Assembly (NCBI GenBank): GCA_000934665.2
Contig: JYFJ02003969.1
Coordinates: forward strand, 1 to 48,308
Length of the DNA stretch: 48,308 nt
Origin: Catajapyx aquilonaris
Lineage: Eukaryota
Direction of reading: 5' to 3'
Below, piece by piece: positions 35,374 through 48,308 of this stretch (the first letter of the stretch is position 1; every line of letters begins with the position of its first letter). The translations under genes and the position numbers were made by a program. The notes below the pieces were generated by a model, which saw only the letters and a list, made by a program, of their open reading frames with translations, did not search any database and was not told the DNA's origin.

Positions 35374-37908
35374 AGGCTAGTGAATGTTTAAACGGTTGTG
35401 TATACGATATACGATGTCTTTTTGGAAAACAAACGTGTAACAATATGTGTTGGTGAGCCTTGTTGGGTATTTAGGGTGACTCCAGAAAATATTTAAGATT
35501 TCCCACAACAAAACTGTGCGGTGTTTTGTGTATGATAATAATCACTCTTGGACTTATCCAACATGCAAGAAAATCACCCATTGTCAGTTTATTGAGAAGG
35601 GCTTTCAGCATGAGGCACTATATGTTAGAAAAGAGAGATTTTGAGGAAGCTTATGGGAGTGTTGTGTTGTTTGCTTTCTTTTTCACTATAACCTTATAAG
35701 GTACGGTATGTTTTAAAAAAATTGCACCGACTTATTACAAAACTGGAAATGTAACCAAAAACCGCGAAGAAAATTTCAGTCCGCGAGTCTAAATGACGGC
35801 TCCGTCGTGCAAACAAATCGTCGCCTACATACACAATAGTGGAACCGGGTCCCGAGATGCATGTCGGGATTCAATTGTGACGGTTAATAAATTAATTTTT
35901 CACTCCCCTCCCCCCCCCTCCTTCATTCTCCCATCCCCCCGCCAGTTTTTGGGCGGAATTCGGCCTGACAGTGATATGGATGGCGGCTGTTGGGCGAGAC
36001 AAATGCAGCCCAGCATACATTAACCGGCTTTTACATGCGGAACCTGTTCTATGCGTGATAGAACTACTCTTGTCATCTGATATCCGCACGCTACCGTACA
36101 TCCTACGACCTGCTTCCACCCCCCCCCCTCTCCCCAGATCATACACATTTTTTGGGAAGCCCAGGATTACGTATAATAGGTCGAGTGAGTGATAGGATTT
36201 TGGCCCAAATCCTTCTTGTGATTTTTTTCCGACTTGTTACCTTCGTCTAGAAAAGCTCTTTCTGATGGACATGGGGTGGGGGGGGGGGGTAGGACTTGAT
36301 TTGGGATACGGACACGGAAAGGATTAAGTGAGAGATAAGCTGGACATTAATATGCTGTCACGGTTGGTCTGTCGTGTGAGAAGGGTTAAGACTTATTTCT
36401 CCACGTCAAATGGGGCCTCTGTTTGATGCCCGACAGATGCACCTTGCGTGATGGAGATTTTTTCGGGTTTCACTTATTTCCATATTTTTCAAGCGGGATT
36501 GTTGTTTAACATGCTTAATATTAGCACTCTTATTGATTTACATAGGGTTTATTATTCAGGTTGTCCGTGGTTGGCATTTATGGAGGGCTAACTGAGAAGA
36601 CACGCGATCTGACATGAAAACAAAGCGGAATATTTCGAGTGTTGCCTGTATAAGTAATGATAATTGTTGTGGAGGAACAACGCAACGTGACACAACAAAG
36701 CATGACTGGACTTGTACTAGGTGAGAAATGTCAAACATAATAGTGATGGACCAGTAACATGTGAGAAGCTCTACGGGTGATAGCCTGACTAATTTTGCTT
36801 CCTGTTGTACCTGAATGTACGCACTGCTGTACCATGTGTGAAACTAACAAGTGTTTACCTGCTGATGTGAAAGAGCAGGGGTATTACCATATAATAATTA
36901 ATTTCAGTTATACTATATAGCAGTAGTTAGTCATTAGCGAAAAAGTCGAGAATGTCAACACCAGACACAAGAACAAAGGTGGTCGCTTATGCTATGTGCA
37001 GGTGTTACTGTTAATGCAAGAGAAGCACCTGGTCTTTTGTCAATGATCATCAAACTACATCAAATTGGAAGTTTCACATCTGCCTGTCTAGATTCGCTAT
37101 CAATTCAATCCCTGTTTTTTTCTGTCTTCCTCAATATTCATTTGCCAGTTTTGGGGATCCGTGTACGACTTCTCTTCTGCTACATGTAAGCTAATTACAT
37201 GTAGCAGTTTGTAAAACACCTGAGTGTAACTTACTATCATAGAGAGTCATTATTGCAGTTGAAGACAAAAAATATTGCATGTGTTTTGGAGTAGGCCTAC
37301 TTCAAAGCCTACAGTGTTGCGTTATTGCCCCTAAAATAATTTCTTTAGTTGAAATTGGCAACTCTTTTATCACTACACCAATATATCACAATAACAGGAT
37401 ACTCGCCGTTTTTTAAGGGCTTGCCAGGGTTTGTAGTTGTGGGTGACAACATCGATCACGGTCTTAAGCTGTGCTCTGCAGGCCTACCACATGTCACATT
37501 TGCATCAGAGCAGTCATATTTATCACTATAAGGGACAGCTGGGCTCGTCCTTGGTAGAACTCCAATTTATTTTAACAACTCCTCCTCGCCATCAAGGTTT
37601 GCCATTCATTCCATATTATTGAATCAATCATTCCATATGTAAATTGTGCACAACTGCCATGCAAACTGTAATAACCTGCTCCAGAGGTCCTGTATAGGCT
37701 ATACTGCGAAAATATGGACTCATGTTACTGTTAGAGGTTGTCCAAAAAGTACGTCACGCTGGTATATCAATAAAATTTGTGGACACATGTAGGGCTATAA
37801 CATAGCGGAGAGAATATTGCTGACCAACAATTGCATGCATGTGCAGGTTATGGACGGTGTTATTCAATAATGTGTCAACCCACAAAAATGTCAAAATTTT
37901 GTTAAGAC

Positions 37909-37932
37909 CAGGAACAGGAACAGGAACAGGAA
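37909..37932. repeat. (caggaa)4 tandem repeat
   Basis: Seen directly. Confidence 0.85.
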
Positions 37933-40900
37933 AGGAACGTACTTCATTCAGTTAAAATCAATCTGGCATTCTCAAAACTGTTATCATTTGGTTTGGCTCA
38001 TTATTGCATAACACCTTCTATACAATCCAGTGATAGGTGATAGGTATGTTCCCAAACAAGATGGCGAACACTTGTCACATAAAATTGACCAATATCCTGC
38101 ACAGGCAAGAAAGTATCACTGATTTGACCATCATACACAGCATGACTGCTGGACACGCAAGTATTTGCTCTGGAGTAGAAAGCAAATAGCAACGTCCATT
38201 GCACAGAGCAATAGAAAGGCGTGCTTCTTTTTGACGTTTTTTTTATTGTACCACACGAAAATGGTGCCGACGCAGAGACCTGTGGTGCGAGGGCGATTTG
38301 AATTCCGAATAGACGATCCTAAGGACAGGTTCCAGGACATTAATCGGACGACAATAAAATAGCATTCCATTTGTCAAGCGGTACAGTTTCCGCGAATTGT
38401 CATCGCAGCCTCCCTATTGGCTAGTCAACAATCAAGACTATTTTTTTTGCACCAGAAAAAAGGGAGTGGTGCGATGACAATCTGGCGCATTTTCACATTA
38501 TGCTCTGTTTGCTGCTCGCGGCGCTCCGGGTAATTTACAGCCCCAATAAAAGTTGTTTCAACGTAGTTACTTCTCCTCGTGAGTCAACTCTCAATGTCAC
38601 TTCCATCGCTAGTCCCCAAGGAAACTGTCCCCCCCTTTTTTTCCTCAAGTACAAGAATAGTATTTCTTGGCACTTGTATTGCGACCTTAGAGCTGTTAAT
38701 TTAAATACGAACAATGCTGCAGGCACTTGACAGATACAAATCAGTACGTGATACCGGTAGCGACGATTGTAAAAGTACAGTTACAATGATGGTACCGAAA
38801 AATGCGGATCATGTCACTGGAGCGAAGTAAAAGGGAGCAATTCGTCAGATCGGCCTCAAAGTGTCATCCGCCAATTTTTTTTTAAATATCTCAAAAAATT
38901 GTATAAATCTATGTTGTTAATTTAATCGAGCGTAATATAGGAAAGTATCCTACTTTTTAGCGCGACCAATATGTCCAATTCCAAGTGGGCGGAGTTTTCC
39001 ATTAGGATCTTGGCAGATGAACAAATGTTGGGCAATGTGAAAGGCCTGTGACGTCATTCGGGCCGTTTCATTAACCTGCGAAAAAAGGTAATTAAACGCT
39101 CTCCTCTTCAACCTCTGAAGAAAAGAGAGGGCGGTCTTTGGTGGGTGGGGGGAATTAGATTACACTTGTCCTTATTTCCACGTAAAAGTTCGTCCCCCCC
39201 TGCGCCTTTTCGCCGGCCATTCGGATGCTTATCAGGTTGCCAGGTGAGGCCCAAATGCATGCTGGGAACAAAGCGGGGACTATGCGCGGGGGATGGTCTT
39301 CCTGCTTGGCTGAGGATTCTTTATGGTGATTTGTTCTGTGGGGGGTCCCAAGGAGGAGGGAATCAGGGGGAAGGGGGATTATAAATACAGGTAGAGCATC
39401 AAGAGACCAAAGAGTTTTAATGGGAATGGGGGGGATTCTATATTTGTTTGATAAAATTATTTTGAGGTTTTGTACATTGGGATCATGTGCCGTGAGTCTA
39501 TTCTGAGTATGTGGACGTTTTCATCGTGCATGATTTACATGGAGTTATTAACGCCTGACATGTTCAAAGAAACTTGTAGTGTGTGGGAGGTCTTAATTAG
39601 TTCATTTTAATCTTCAGAATATGCTAACCACGTTTGTTGGTGGAATGGTGTGACAAAGACTTTAAATGATTTTTCGAGCAAGAATTGATTACACAATTAG
39701 GGGTTTATAATTATAATTATGATGAGCTCTAAATTATGGTGAGGTTGATGTTATTAATACCTTTTACAACATATGGAGCAATAGTACAAAGTGAGTTTTG
39801 TCATTGAAATTATTGTTTCCGAGGAGGCGCGCACGGTCGACCTTCATGATTATCCGAAAGTGCACAGTTTTACAGGCTGGTATTTTCTGCACTGGAAGTA
39901 ATTTACATAATAATTATCATTATGAGGAGGTACTGGATAACTATTTGACCTATTAGTATTCTGCATTATCTTTGATTATTATCATTGATGGGAGTTGGTA
40001 CCTGTTCCACAGAAATTCTGTTTTAGGTGATAACACGACATGAATTATTACAATAGCAGGGCTCATCCGGCCTGTTAGAAACCTGAAACCTCGCATCGCT
40101 TTGTGTTATTCGAGTTGTCTACCGGGTATGATATTTTTTATTTTCACATGAATGATATTTTTCAAAGAATGAGTATATTATACCATATAGGATAAGCCTG
40201 GTTCGCCACACAAGTTAATTGAAGCATGGCACCTGAATGAGCCATGTCATGGGGTATATCTACGACACAATAAATTTTGCTCACAAAAAAATCAGTGCCA
40301 TTCTTTATTGAACCGCCTCGTAGTAACATGATTATTTTTGTTAAGCGGTGACATTTCTAAGCGGGTCATTTTACGTATAACACTTTGTCTTACCTATGCT
40401 GTAATGCCTCAGGATATACTGCCTTCGCAGGTTCTCTTTAATTTTCCTTTAAAAATTCTATTCAAACTTCCTTTATTATTCATTCAGGGGACACATTAAC
40501 TATAGTTTAAATTAAGACGTCATTTGTTAAAAATCGGAGATCGTAAATCGGCGATTCTATACTGGATGTGCACAAAACTAATTCAACTGAAGCTTCAATT
40601 ACCTGATCATAACATAATACAGTAATTAAGTTATAATAATCATAATCTACATTAACTAGTGCAAATATAAAAATTACTGCTGGCATTATTTTCATTAGAG
40701 TTTGTTCACATCTCTATGCCATTTCTGTTTAAGAGCAGACAAATTCCTTTCTTGGCTTCAGAGAAAGGGTGAAGATGGGCCTGGTTGTTGCAGCACTCTG
40801 AGTATCCCCCCTCCCCTCCTCCCTCCATCTCTCCTTCGGCTTTTCTAAGATGAATCCTTGATAAGCTGCCTTCTTTCCCCCTCGGAGAGTTAATTTGGAA

Positions 40901-43900
40901 TGCGGCATCGTCCATGGAATAAAAGTTTTTCAGCAGACGAACCGCTGGCTCCTGCCCAAGACCAAAAACTAAGACTCGAGTCCTCTTGACACATACACTT
41001 TTCCACCTGAATAATAATCAGGGGCCACACTCACCTTTCGCCAACATTCATGTGACATTCACACCAAATGATCTTTGAAATATTAGTTAAGCAATACACT
41101 GTGATGCAGGTGTTTAAGGATAAGTGTAAGCAGTGGTGCTGACATAATTAGGTTTATATGCTGGGAATGGATATAATGCGAAGTAGTTGGTGACACCTGT
41201 ATCGAAAGGGCCTAAATTATATATTGTCTCCAGACCACGTGTGAGTAATAGCTTCGTTTATTATGATCTTTGCTCGTTTATTTGTCAGAGTAACAATGTG
41301 GCCGTCAAAGATTGTCACCTAGATGAACCCTTATTCCTACGTGACACATGGATTGGAATAACGCTGGCTACCAGCTGTCGGTCAATCAGTCGAGAAGTCA
41401 TTCTAATCTTGAAAGGAGATCGCGATTTGGTCTTGGTGCATGAATAGTACGTGTGATATACTGCGTATGTGCACAAAGGAATATTGAACCCTCATTCATT
41501 AGCAAAGCGACATCAAGAAGTCCTTGAAACCACAGGGAATCTCACTTCGTGATGCCCAAGAATAGCGACACCTTATTATTAAATAATATCACAGCAATTT
41601 CTTATCAGTGTTTCATCGTAATTGATGATAGTGTATATCATTTTAAGTTTGAATAATTCTCCTTCATGAGAAGAACAATGGGTTTTAACATATGCAACCA
41701 AGATTGTGTGTAGAGGAGGTTTCGCTACCGGTATATGCCTAATGACAACTCATTGCGTCCCCAACCACTTGTTGGCATGATAACGCCTGTACTTGTGCTG
41801 TAATCTGGGTGAATTTGCAGACACCTGTAACTGACCATACTACCATCGCGGAAGTGACCTCTACCTGACCACGAATTTGTCATAGAAGCGTGTCAGATGG
41901 CTATTTGTCATGCTGGAACCTGGTTTATAGCCTTTCCCGCCGAATTTATTCTGAAGTGGACTTGATTCTGAAGTCTCCATTTGCATTTGCGATTCCTTTT
42001 GGCAACAACCACTGCATAAGTCATGTAAAATGCAGATTAGCAAGTTGCCAATATATTCGCTCTATTGAAATACATTTATTTCCGTATTTAAACAATATTT
42101 CCCGTTCATATTTGAACTGATTTTATTTTTATTTTTGATTCCATGCTTTACTTTGTGTGTGCGGCGCATACATAGGCTACACTTAGGCCATCAGGTCGCA
42201 CTCAATCTAGATCGTCAAAAGACTGCTCAGCGTGAGATTACCTTCAGCAGTACAACAAGCCAATGTAGGGTCATTATTGCGTCTTCACCGTCACGAACTA
42301 AGATTTCAGAGCAGCCTTACCACGTAATTCACATTGCTCTTAATTCATGTATCGGTGGTTGTACATTCTGATTGCTCAATTAAAGGCTTTCACATTGAGC
42401 AATTCAAAATGTAATAATGCGACGAAATTACGTATCCTTGTCAGCTACATAATACGCGTGCAGAGACGTGTGAAATTGCCCCTCCTCCATCCTACTAAAA
42501 AAAATGGGCAAACTCAGTGGTTTTCCTTGACTTCCAAATGTCAAGTACTGACACACGACACTGGTGCAATTTAATTAGTAGGTGCGATGCAATAGGTGCC
42601 GTGAATTTATGATTGAGGTCCCAATGCCTGATGGGAGGCGCGCTTGTCCCCATCGTATGGTTTTATGTCCCGGTTGTGTGACATGAATCCGCCTACTGTT
42701 TCGTGCTTGGAGGAATAAAATGGTGCGCTTCCCACGCCACTCGCAAATATGGCAGGCATGTAACGCCTATTGAAATCAGTTCCAAATTCAGATTGGTTTA
42801 CGACTCGGTGTAAAATACGGCCGTATCCGCCATTTTTTTGTGCGAATTGGCTTGCCCAGTGCTGCCACCTGCCCTTAAAAGATGACCATCAAATATTTTC
42901 CGGCGAGTGAAAGATGGTGGAAAAAAACTAAGTGGGCGAGTGAAAGACGGAGTCAGTCAGTCAGATGTGTATCTCTGTGGGCTACATCCGCCCCGTAAAA
43001 TGTGACCCCCCTCGTCTACTTACCCCACCCCCCAAAAAAGTGGTGCTTCCCACACACGCCATTTTATCACAATCCTAATAGTACCCGAGTCTCATTTTCA
43101 CTAGCACACAATTTATCTCTTGGGTGCGAATTGAGTGGATCATTTGCGTGTCGGCAAACCGAATATATTGATTTGTCGGTTTACATTGATTTGGGTCAAA
43201 GTAGTACTCGATCACAGCGGGGAATTAACAAGTGTGTGGGGTCAACTAACGCGATGGGGATAACACTATAAATCACAGCTAGTATGCTGGAGTCCAGTGT
43301 GGAGTCGCATCACGTAATGTATTACATGCTGCGGTGTTAATTATGATGACTTAACGAATGGTTTGTACATTTACCCAATTGCTACTCTGTATTCATACTA
43401 ATCGTTATATTATAGGTTGCAACACATCCGTGTGGTTGGGGTCAGTCACTCTTTCTATGATCTCGAATGATTTAGTTTTAATTTCCGAGGAGAAACTAAT
43501 TACATGAATGCATTCAGGTTTCCTGCTGCCTGCTAAGAATTATAAGAAAGGAATGACTTATAATTCTTACACAGATACACACAAAACACGCACTGATCGT
43601 CCTGCCCCTAAGAAAACAGAAGATTTTGAAAAAAAATATATTGTTGTTTTAAATTTTGAACTATTTGACTTGTTTCGCACTGTATCTGCTTGCATGTCAT
43701 GTTGCCAGCACCCCGAATACATAATGTGGAAGTTACGGAGCATCACATATGTACTGTACTTATACATGCTTCATGACATGTTTGGTGGTACAGTTACAAT
43801 ATGCTGACTGATGATCAGATAAGTTTAATTTCAGCCTTATTTTGGGATTCTCCCAACATGTGTGTATTAACTGACAAGGAATTCAAATCTGAGATTGAAA

Positions 43901-44914
43901 CGCATGCTCCAATTTTTCCATGAACACCCCCACGCACATATTAAAAACTCTGGTTCACATGTTATCTGCCAAATATAGGCCTACCTATGGCTTACGTGGG
44001 ATGTCATCTAAGTGAATTCATATTCCAAAGTCCAAATCGATTCTTAGCTTTACGTATATTTCATATTAGGCCTTTTAAAAATCCTACTTTTATAAAATGA
44101 GTCTTAATATAAGACAGTGGTAATAAGCTCCCTTTACTGGAGAGGTTCTATCGATCAAATATATTATTACGGACACTCCTTTTGTTTATCCCACGAGTGC
44201 TGTCAACGTCACCGGCCGCAAGCGAAGCACGTATTGCCTGTAGTGGCACTCACAGGATGCATAAGAATAGCGGCTTAATTTCATGATTAATAAGAGCTAA
44301 GGTGCTAAGGAGCTAAGGTGCACCCTTTCTGGTGCTGAGGAGTGTACGGCGTCGTAAGGAAGTGTCGAGAAAAAAGTGCGATTCTCTTCAGAAACAGCAG
44401 GTTAAGATTAGCATTGCCGTCTGCCGCACCTTGTGTAAAGTAATACATTAATTAATTGTCTCGTTAATTTACTCATTCATTCCTAAGGGAGAGTTATTTT
44501 TTCCACTTTATCTTCACCCCCGGTTATCTGATAAGCTCGAGACGTTTGGTTCTTCAGCGTAAGCTTTTTAAATGCATGACGAGTCTCAGGAAAGAGATTA
44601 CAATCAATTAGAAAATACTTGAGAATCCGGGTCACTCATTAGACGCATTTTAAAATACTGCGGAATAATATTATTCTACATGGGAGTGTCCATATATGGG
44701 CCATCATTCACATGTATTTGTCATTCCCATTAGACACTGAGAAGTTTTTAAAATATTTAAAGACGTCACGCTGAGCCACCCTTATCTACAGCATCCCTAC
44801 CAAATTTTTCTGAAAGTAGGAAAATTATGCGATGCTGTGGAAGTTCTACGAGTATAAGTCGACATCCATAAGTCGAAGAAAATTCGCACGATACTCTCTG
44901 GGCACAAAGTAATA

Positions 44915-45233
44915 ATAATATTATAATAATAATTTGTGGGTAATGCTTTCACCCCTTTCGGGGTATATAGCATGGACCTTTATTGTATTTTAAGATGTTA
45001 AGTACATGCTGCCTATTTAATGAAAGCCCGGGCCCACGGGCAGGGTGGCAGGAGGGGATGTGCCAGGTGCAGTGCAATGTCGTAGCTGTGGTCATTTTGT
45101 GAACTCCCCCGGGTGGTTTAGTCTATTGGAAATACCACCCGAGACGAAGCCAGAGATGACCCCGAACTCTGCACGAGATGAAGGGGGTGTCCCGGGGCGC
45201 ATACGTTACCGCAGCGCCACTCCGTCTCCCTGA
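44915..45233 (-). mobile_element. tRNA-derived SINE, B-box-deleted copy
   Basis: 18-bp TSD tctgggcacaaagtaata at 44897-44914 and 45234-45251; (TTA)n-like tail; body matches 45316-45681 in reverse. Confidence 0.9.
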
Positions 45234-45315
45234 TCTGGGCACAAAGTAATAGTCAGCTTCCCTAAGTAGAATTTCGGGAAATAATTTACTATAGGATTTA
45301 TACATAAATGCCAGG

Positions 45316-45681
45316 GGAGATGAAGTGGCGTCGCGGTAACGCGTGCGCCCACGGATGTTAAGGTCCCGGGTTCGATCCCAGCCCGGGGACACCCCCTTCA
45401 TCTCGTGCAGAGTTTAGGGCCATCTCTGACTTCGTCTCGGGTGGTATTTCCTATAGACTAAACCACCCAGGGGAGCTCACAAAATGACCACATATGTCAT
45501 TGCACTGCACTTGCACATCCCCTCCTGTCATCCTCCCTATCGCTCGCGGTACCCGGGCGTTACGGCAAAAGGACCAACTGTATCAAGCTTGTACAAATTT
45601 AAGCATAAATAAAGGTACTGTGCCCATGCCCTAGGGCGGTGCACTAAACCCCAATTATTATATATATATTATTATTAATTA
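45316..45681 (+). mobile_element. tRNA-derived SINE, full-length copy
   Basis: A box tggcgtcgcggtaa, B box gggttcgatccc, AT-rich tail, TSD ttatacataaatgccagg at 45298-45315 and 45682-45699. Confidence 0.92.
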
Positions 45682-46626
45682 TTATACATAAATGCCAGGT
45701 GCATCCCGGCACACTTGTGTAGCTTACGACTTCGAAAAAAAAATGCATTGAAGATTATAATGCGTCAGTGTGTCTCATTACAATGCTAATGTATTGCACT
45801 CTTTGACGACATTGTGGGTGGGCTCAATCATGCTGGAATTCACGAGTGACAAATCAGTATATTTATAGACTAAAGTGAGTCACACAGAGATAAAGGCCAT
45901 ATTTGGCTGATAACATCCGGAGAGTGCATATAGCGATATCACTTTTGCTGTTAATCGCTAGTGCAGAGTGAGGCTCCACCCCATCTGGCATTCAAATAAT
46001 TTGAAGACTTCAGTCGGCAGGACACACTAAGCATTAAAAAATTGAAATGCATTTTATGAGGCACTTTTGTAGTTCCATGTCCAGCCATGTGATAATGTAT
46101 GGAGGGATGGGTGGAGTCAAGAAGTTGAGACATGGCGTCGAGTTGTATTAAAATGATATTTTAATGCAACTCACATGCAAGTTTNGGGGGGGGGGCTCCA
46201 CACAGGTGGTTGTAGTGGGCGAAATGTGACCATAAGGGGCGGAATTTTTGAGACGCACCAGATCGAAAGGCCACAAATAAAAACCGGCTGGGGGCTGGGC
46301 TGGGTTATCTTTCCACGCCAGAGGAAAATCAGGTGCATTCAATTAGGAACCCTGACTTCGAGGGTCAAAACTGTACTCGTACTGGGTTCACTCTCAGCCC
46401 TCCCAGGAGGGTTCTGACTTCTGAGAACCCTTTTTGGACCATAAGGATAAGGTGTCTGATAATTACGTCAATTGGACTATTTTTGGTTGGAAAACGGAGG
46501 GTCAGCTTGCAGGGGTGCCGAGCAGGGGTGACTCGTCATTCGTAGGTGCCTGCCTTCAAGTTTAGTTTACTGTTCAATCCAGCTTTAAAATGTCGGGGAA
46601 GAAGGGGTTGACACAGGCTCAACATA

Positions 46627-46809
46627 TTGCCCATGTGCAGTACGTACCGATGGTGCAGTGCAGGCAAAATTTACAGCCCAAATCTTGGTGTGCGGGAAAA
46701 ATATAGTGCTTCAAATGGGTGGCTGGAAAGTTTCCGAAACAGGCACATAATTCCGTGGAAAACAGTGCGTGGTGATGCAAGTGCCGTGAATCTCGAAGAA
46801 GTCCAATAA
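46627..46809 (+). pseudogene. pogo/Tigger transposase fragment (CENP-B-type HTH)
   Basis: YSASNGWLESFRNRHIIPWKTVRGDASAVN matches the F-x-AS-x-GWL-x-x-F-x-x-RH...GE motif; no DDD domain or TIRs seen. Confidence 0.8.
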
Positions 46810-48308
46810 ACGATGAATATTCTTGCCCTATGAATGTTATCAAGTTCACGGAGCATGGTATATACTTGTATTGCATGGGTATAGGCTTATGTAAGCTATG
46901 TAGAGGCCATACATTTACTTCGACAATGTTCACACTTACCTTTTTCCCAATTTTTCATATCCCCACTATGGGCATCTGAATGTATAACGAAAGAAGCTCT
47001 TAAATTACAAACGACCAATTAATCTTTATTTTATACTGTCAGAGTTACATAAGCGTGGTGTATTTCTTGTATTATAATGTTTTGTCATATGGCTAAGGAA
47101 CTTGGACTATCCACTTCCCTGTTTACTGTAGGTATCCAACTGAATGATGGATAGATGAATATTTCCGGGAATGATAGCATCTGAGACTATTAGTCAAATC
47201 CCTGAAATGCCTGTTTCGCTAGAGTACAACGATAATTATCACAGTCATATGAAGTCTCAGATCAATTAGCATGCAGCCTGCAATTTTTTCTTATACTGTA
47301 AGCTGTAACATGGGGCACGTAGTACAAGAAGCTACTTCATTTCGTCGGTAGTTAGCCGTCCATATAGTTTCATACAGTTGATATGCACAATTTAATATGG
47401 TATCTCAATATACTGTACTGGCTATAGGTTTATTTCCTACGATGCATTAGCTGTCAAAAATTGCTATTTTATTTACCGCGAGAGTATACAATGTGTCACA
47501 ATTGCAGGCCGAGACATATTTTATTTTGACAGCGGCTGTCGTGCCGCTAAGACGAAAATAAGCCGAGAAACCGCGGAGGGTCAGTTAATGATATCCAATA
47601 TATTTTTTTGCACATTCAGGGGTGACTTTTGCGAGGGCAGATTACGTCATCACCGGCGTCAAAGGCAAGCCATAAAGTAGGCATGCACCTAATAATTTGC
47701 TGGTTGCGCGACAATGCAAATCCGTGACTGCTGGAAGGGCCCAACTTTTACGAGTTTCACACCTTCCCAGGATGACAAAATGGCAGATAGGAAGATTCCT
47801 CCGTTTTGCGTGAGTTTTTAATCCCCGAAGCAGCCCACCTGACTTTTATATTCCTTCACGAAAGAGCCGAGTTTTATGGAAGTTGGCAAAGGCGGCGAAG
47901 ACTGCTGCTGAATACCTAATTATCAAGAGTTCTTTTTTTTTTGTATCTTTCTACCTCTTCAGTTTTTTATCCTGCTTTTGGTCTTCCTCCAACCAAACGC
48001 GGTTCTCATACTTTCCCGCCCATACTTGCGGGCCAAGACATGTTACATGCACGCGATCCGCCCATTAACTCTTCCCTTCGCCAGATCGCAGATAAAGCCT
48101 GGTCAAAGTATCTTTTTCTTCTTATAACTACCATGATGGTTTTGTTTGAAAAGGTGAGAAAAGATGATTCGAGGATTTTAGTCTGTGCGTTATGGCCTGA
48201 GATGTTACACTTGGGGAGCGATACTATTTGATAGGAGTCTAGATGTCTGTGGTTTGTTTGTTTTGTGATTTGTATTAGTATGGGAGAGTCTTCTTTAGTA
48301 TTAAAATG

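Noticed and set aside
46185..46185. Single N before a G run
   Set aside because: Assembly ambiguity, not biology.
47527..47537. Partial match to miR-210 (tgacagcggct); similar partial match to miR-263 near 39888
   Set aside because: Seed regions absent and no precursor hairpin; consistent with chance.

Overview
Eukaryotic (invertebrate, most likely arthropod) genomic DNA; no prokaryotic systems such as CRISPR or operons are visible. 1-5.5 kb holds the 3' end of an EB1/MAPRE gene (+ strand, last two coding exons, C-terminal EEY). 5.7-6.9 kb holds a decayed P-element/THAP9-like transposase on the - strand, split by a secondary insertion. A CpG-rich promoter at about 7.0-7.5 kb precedes a complete nine-coding-exon TMEM214 gene (+ strand, 8356-17849, 714 aa when spliced by hand). 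The introns are packed with short non-autonomous transposons: mariner fold-backs, pogo/Tigger-type, PIF/Harbinger-type, hAT-type and a Helitron. tRNA-derived SINEs lie at 18.4, 35.1 and 44.9-45.7 kb. From about 18.8 kb to the end there is no convincing protein-coding exon, and the region reads as a CpG-retaining regulatory or intronic landscape. The most interesting leads are a candidate frame-shifting microexon that would replace the EB1 EEY tail, a head-to-head SINE pair with different 3' tails, two mariner-derived long fold-back elements, and the P-element relic at the TMEM214 promoter. All calls were made by eye, without alignment tools.
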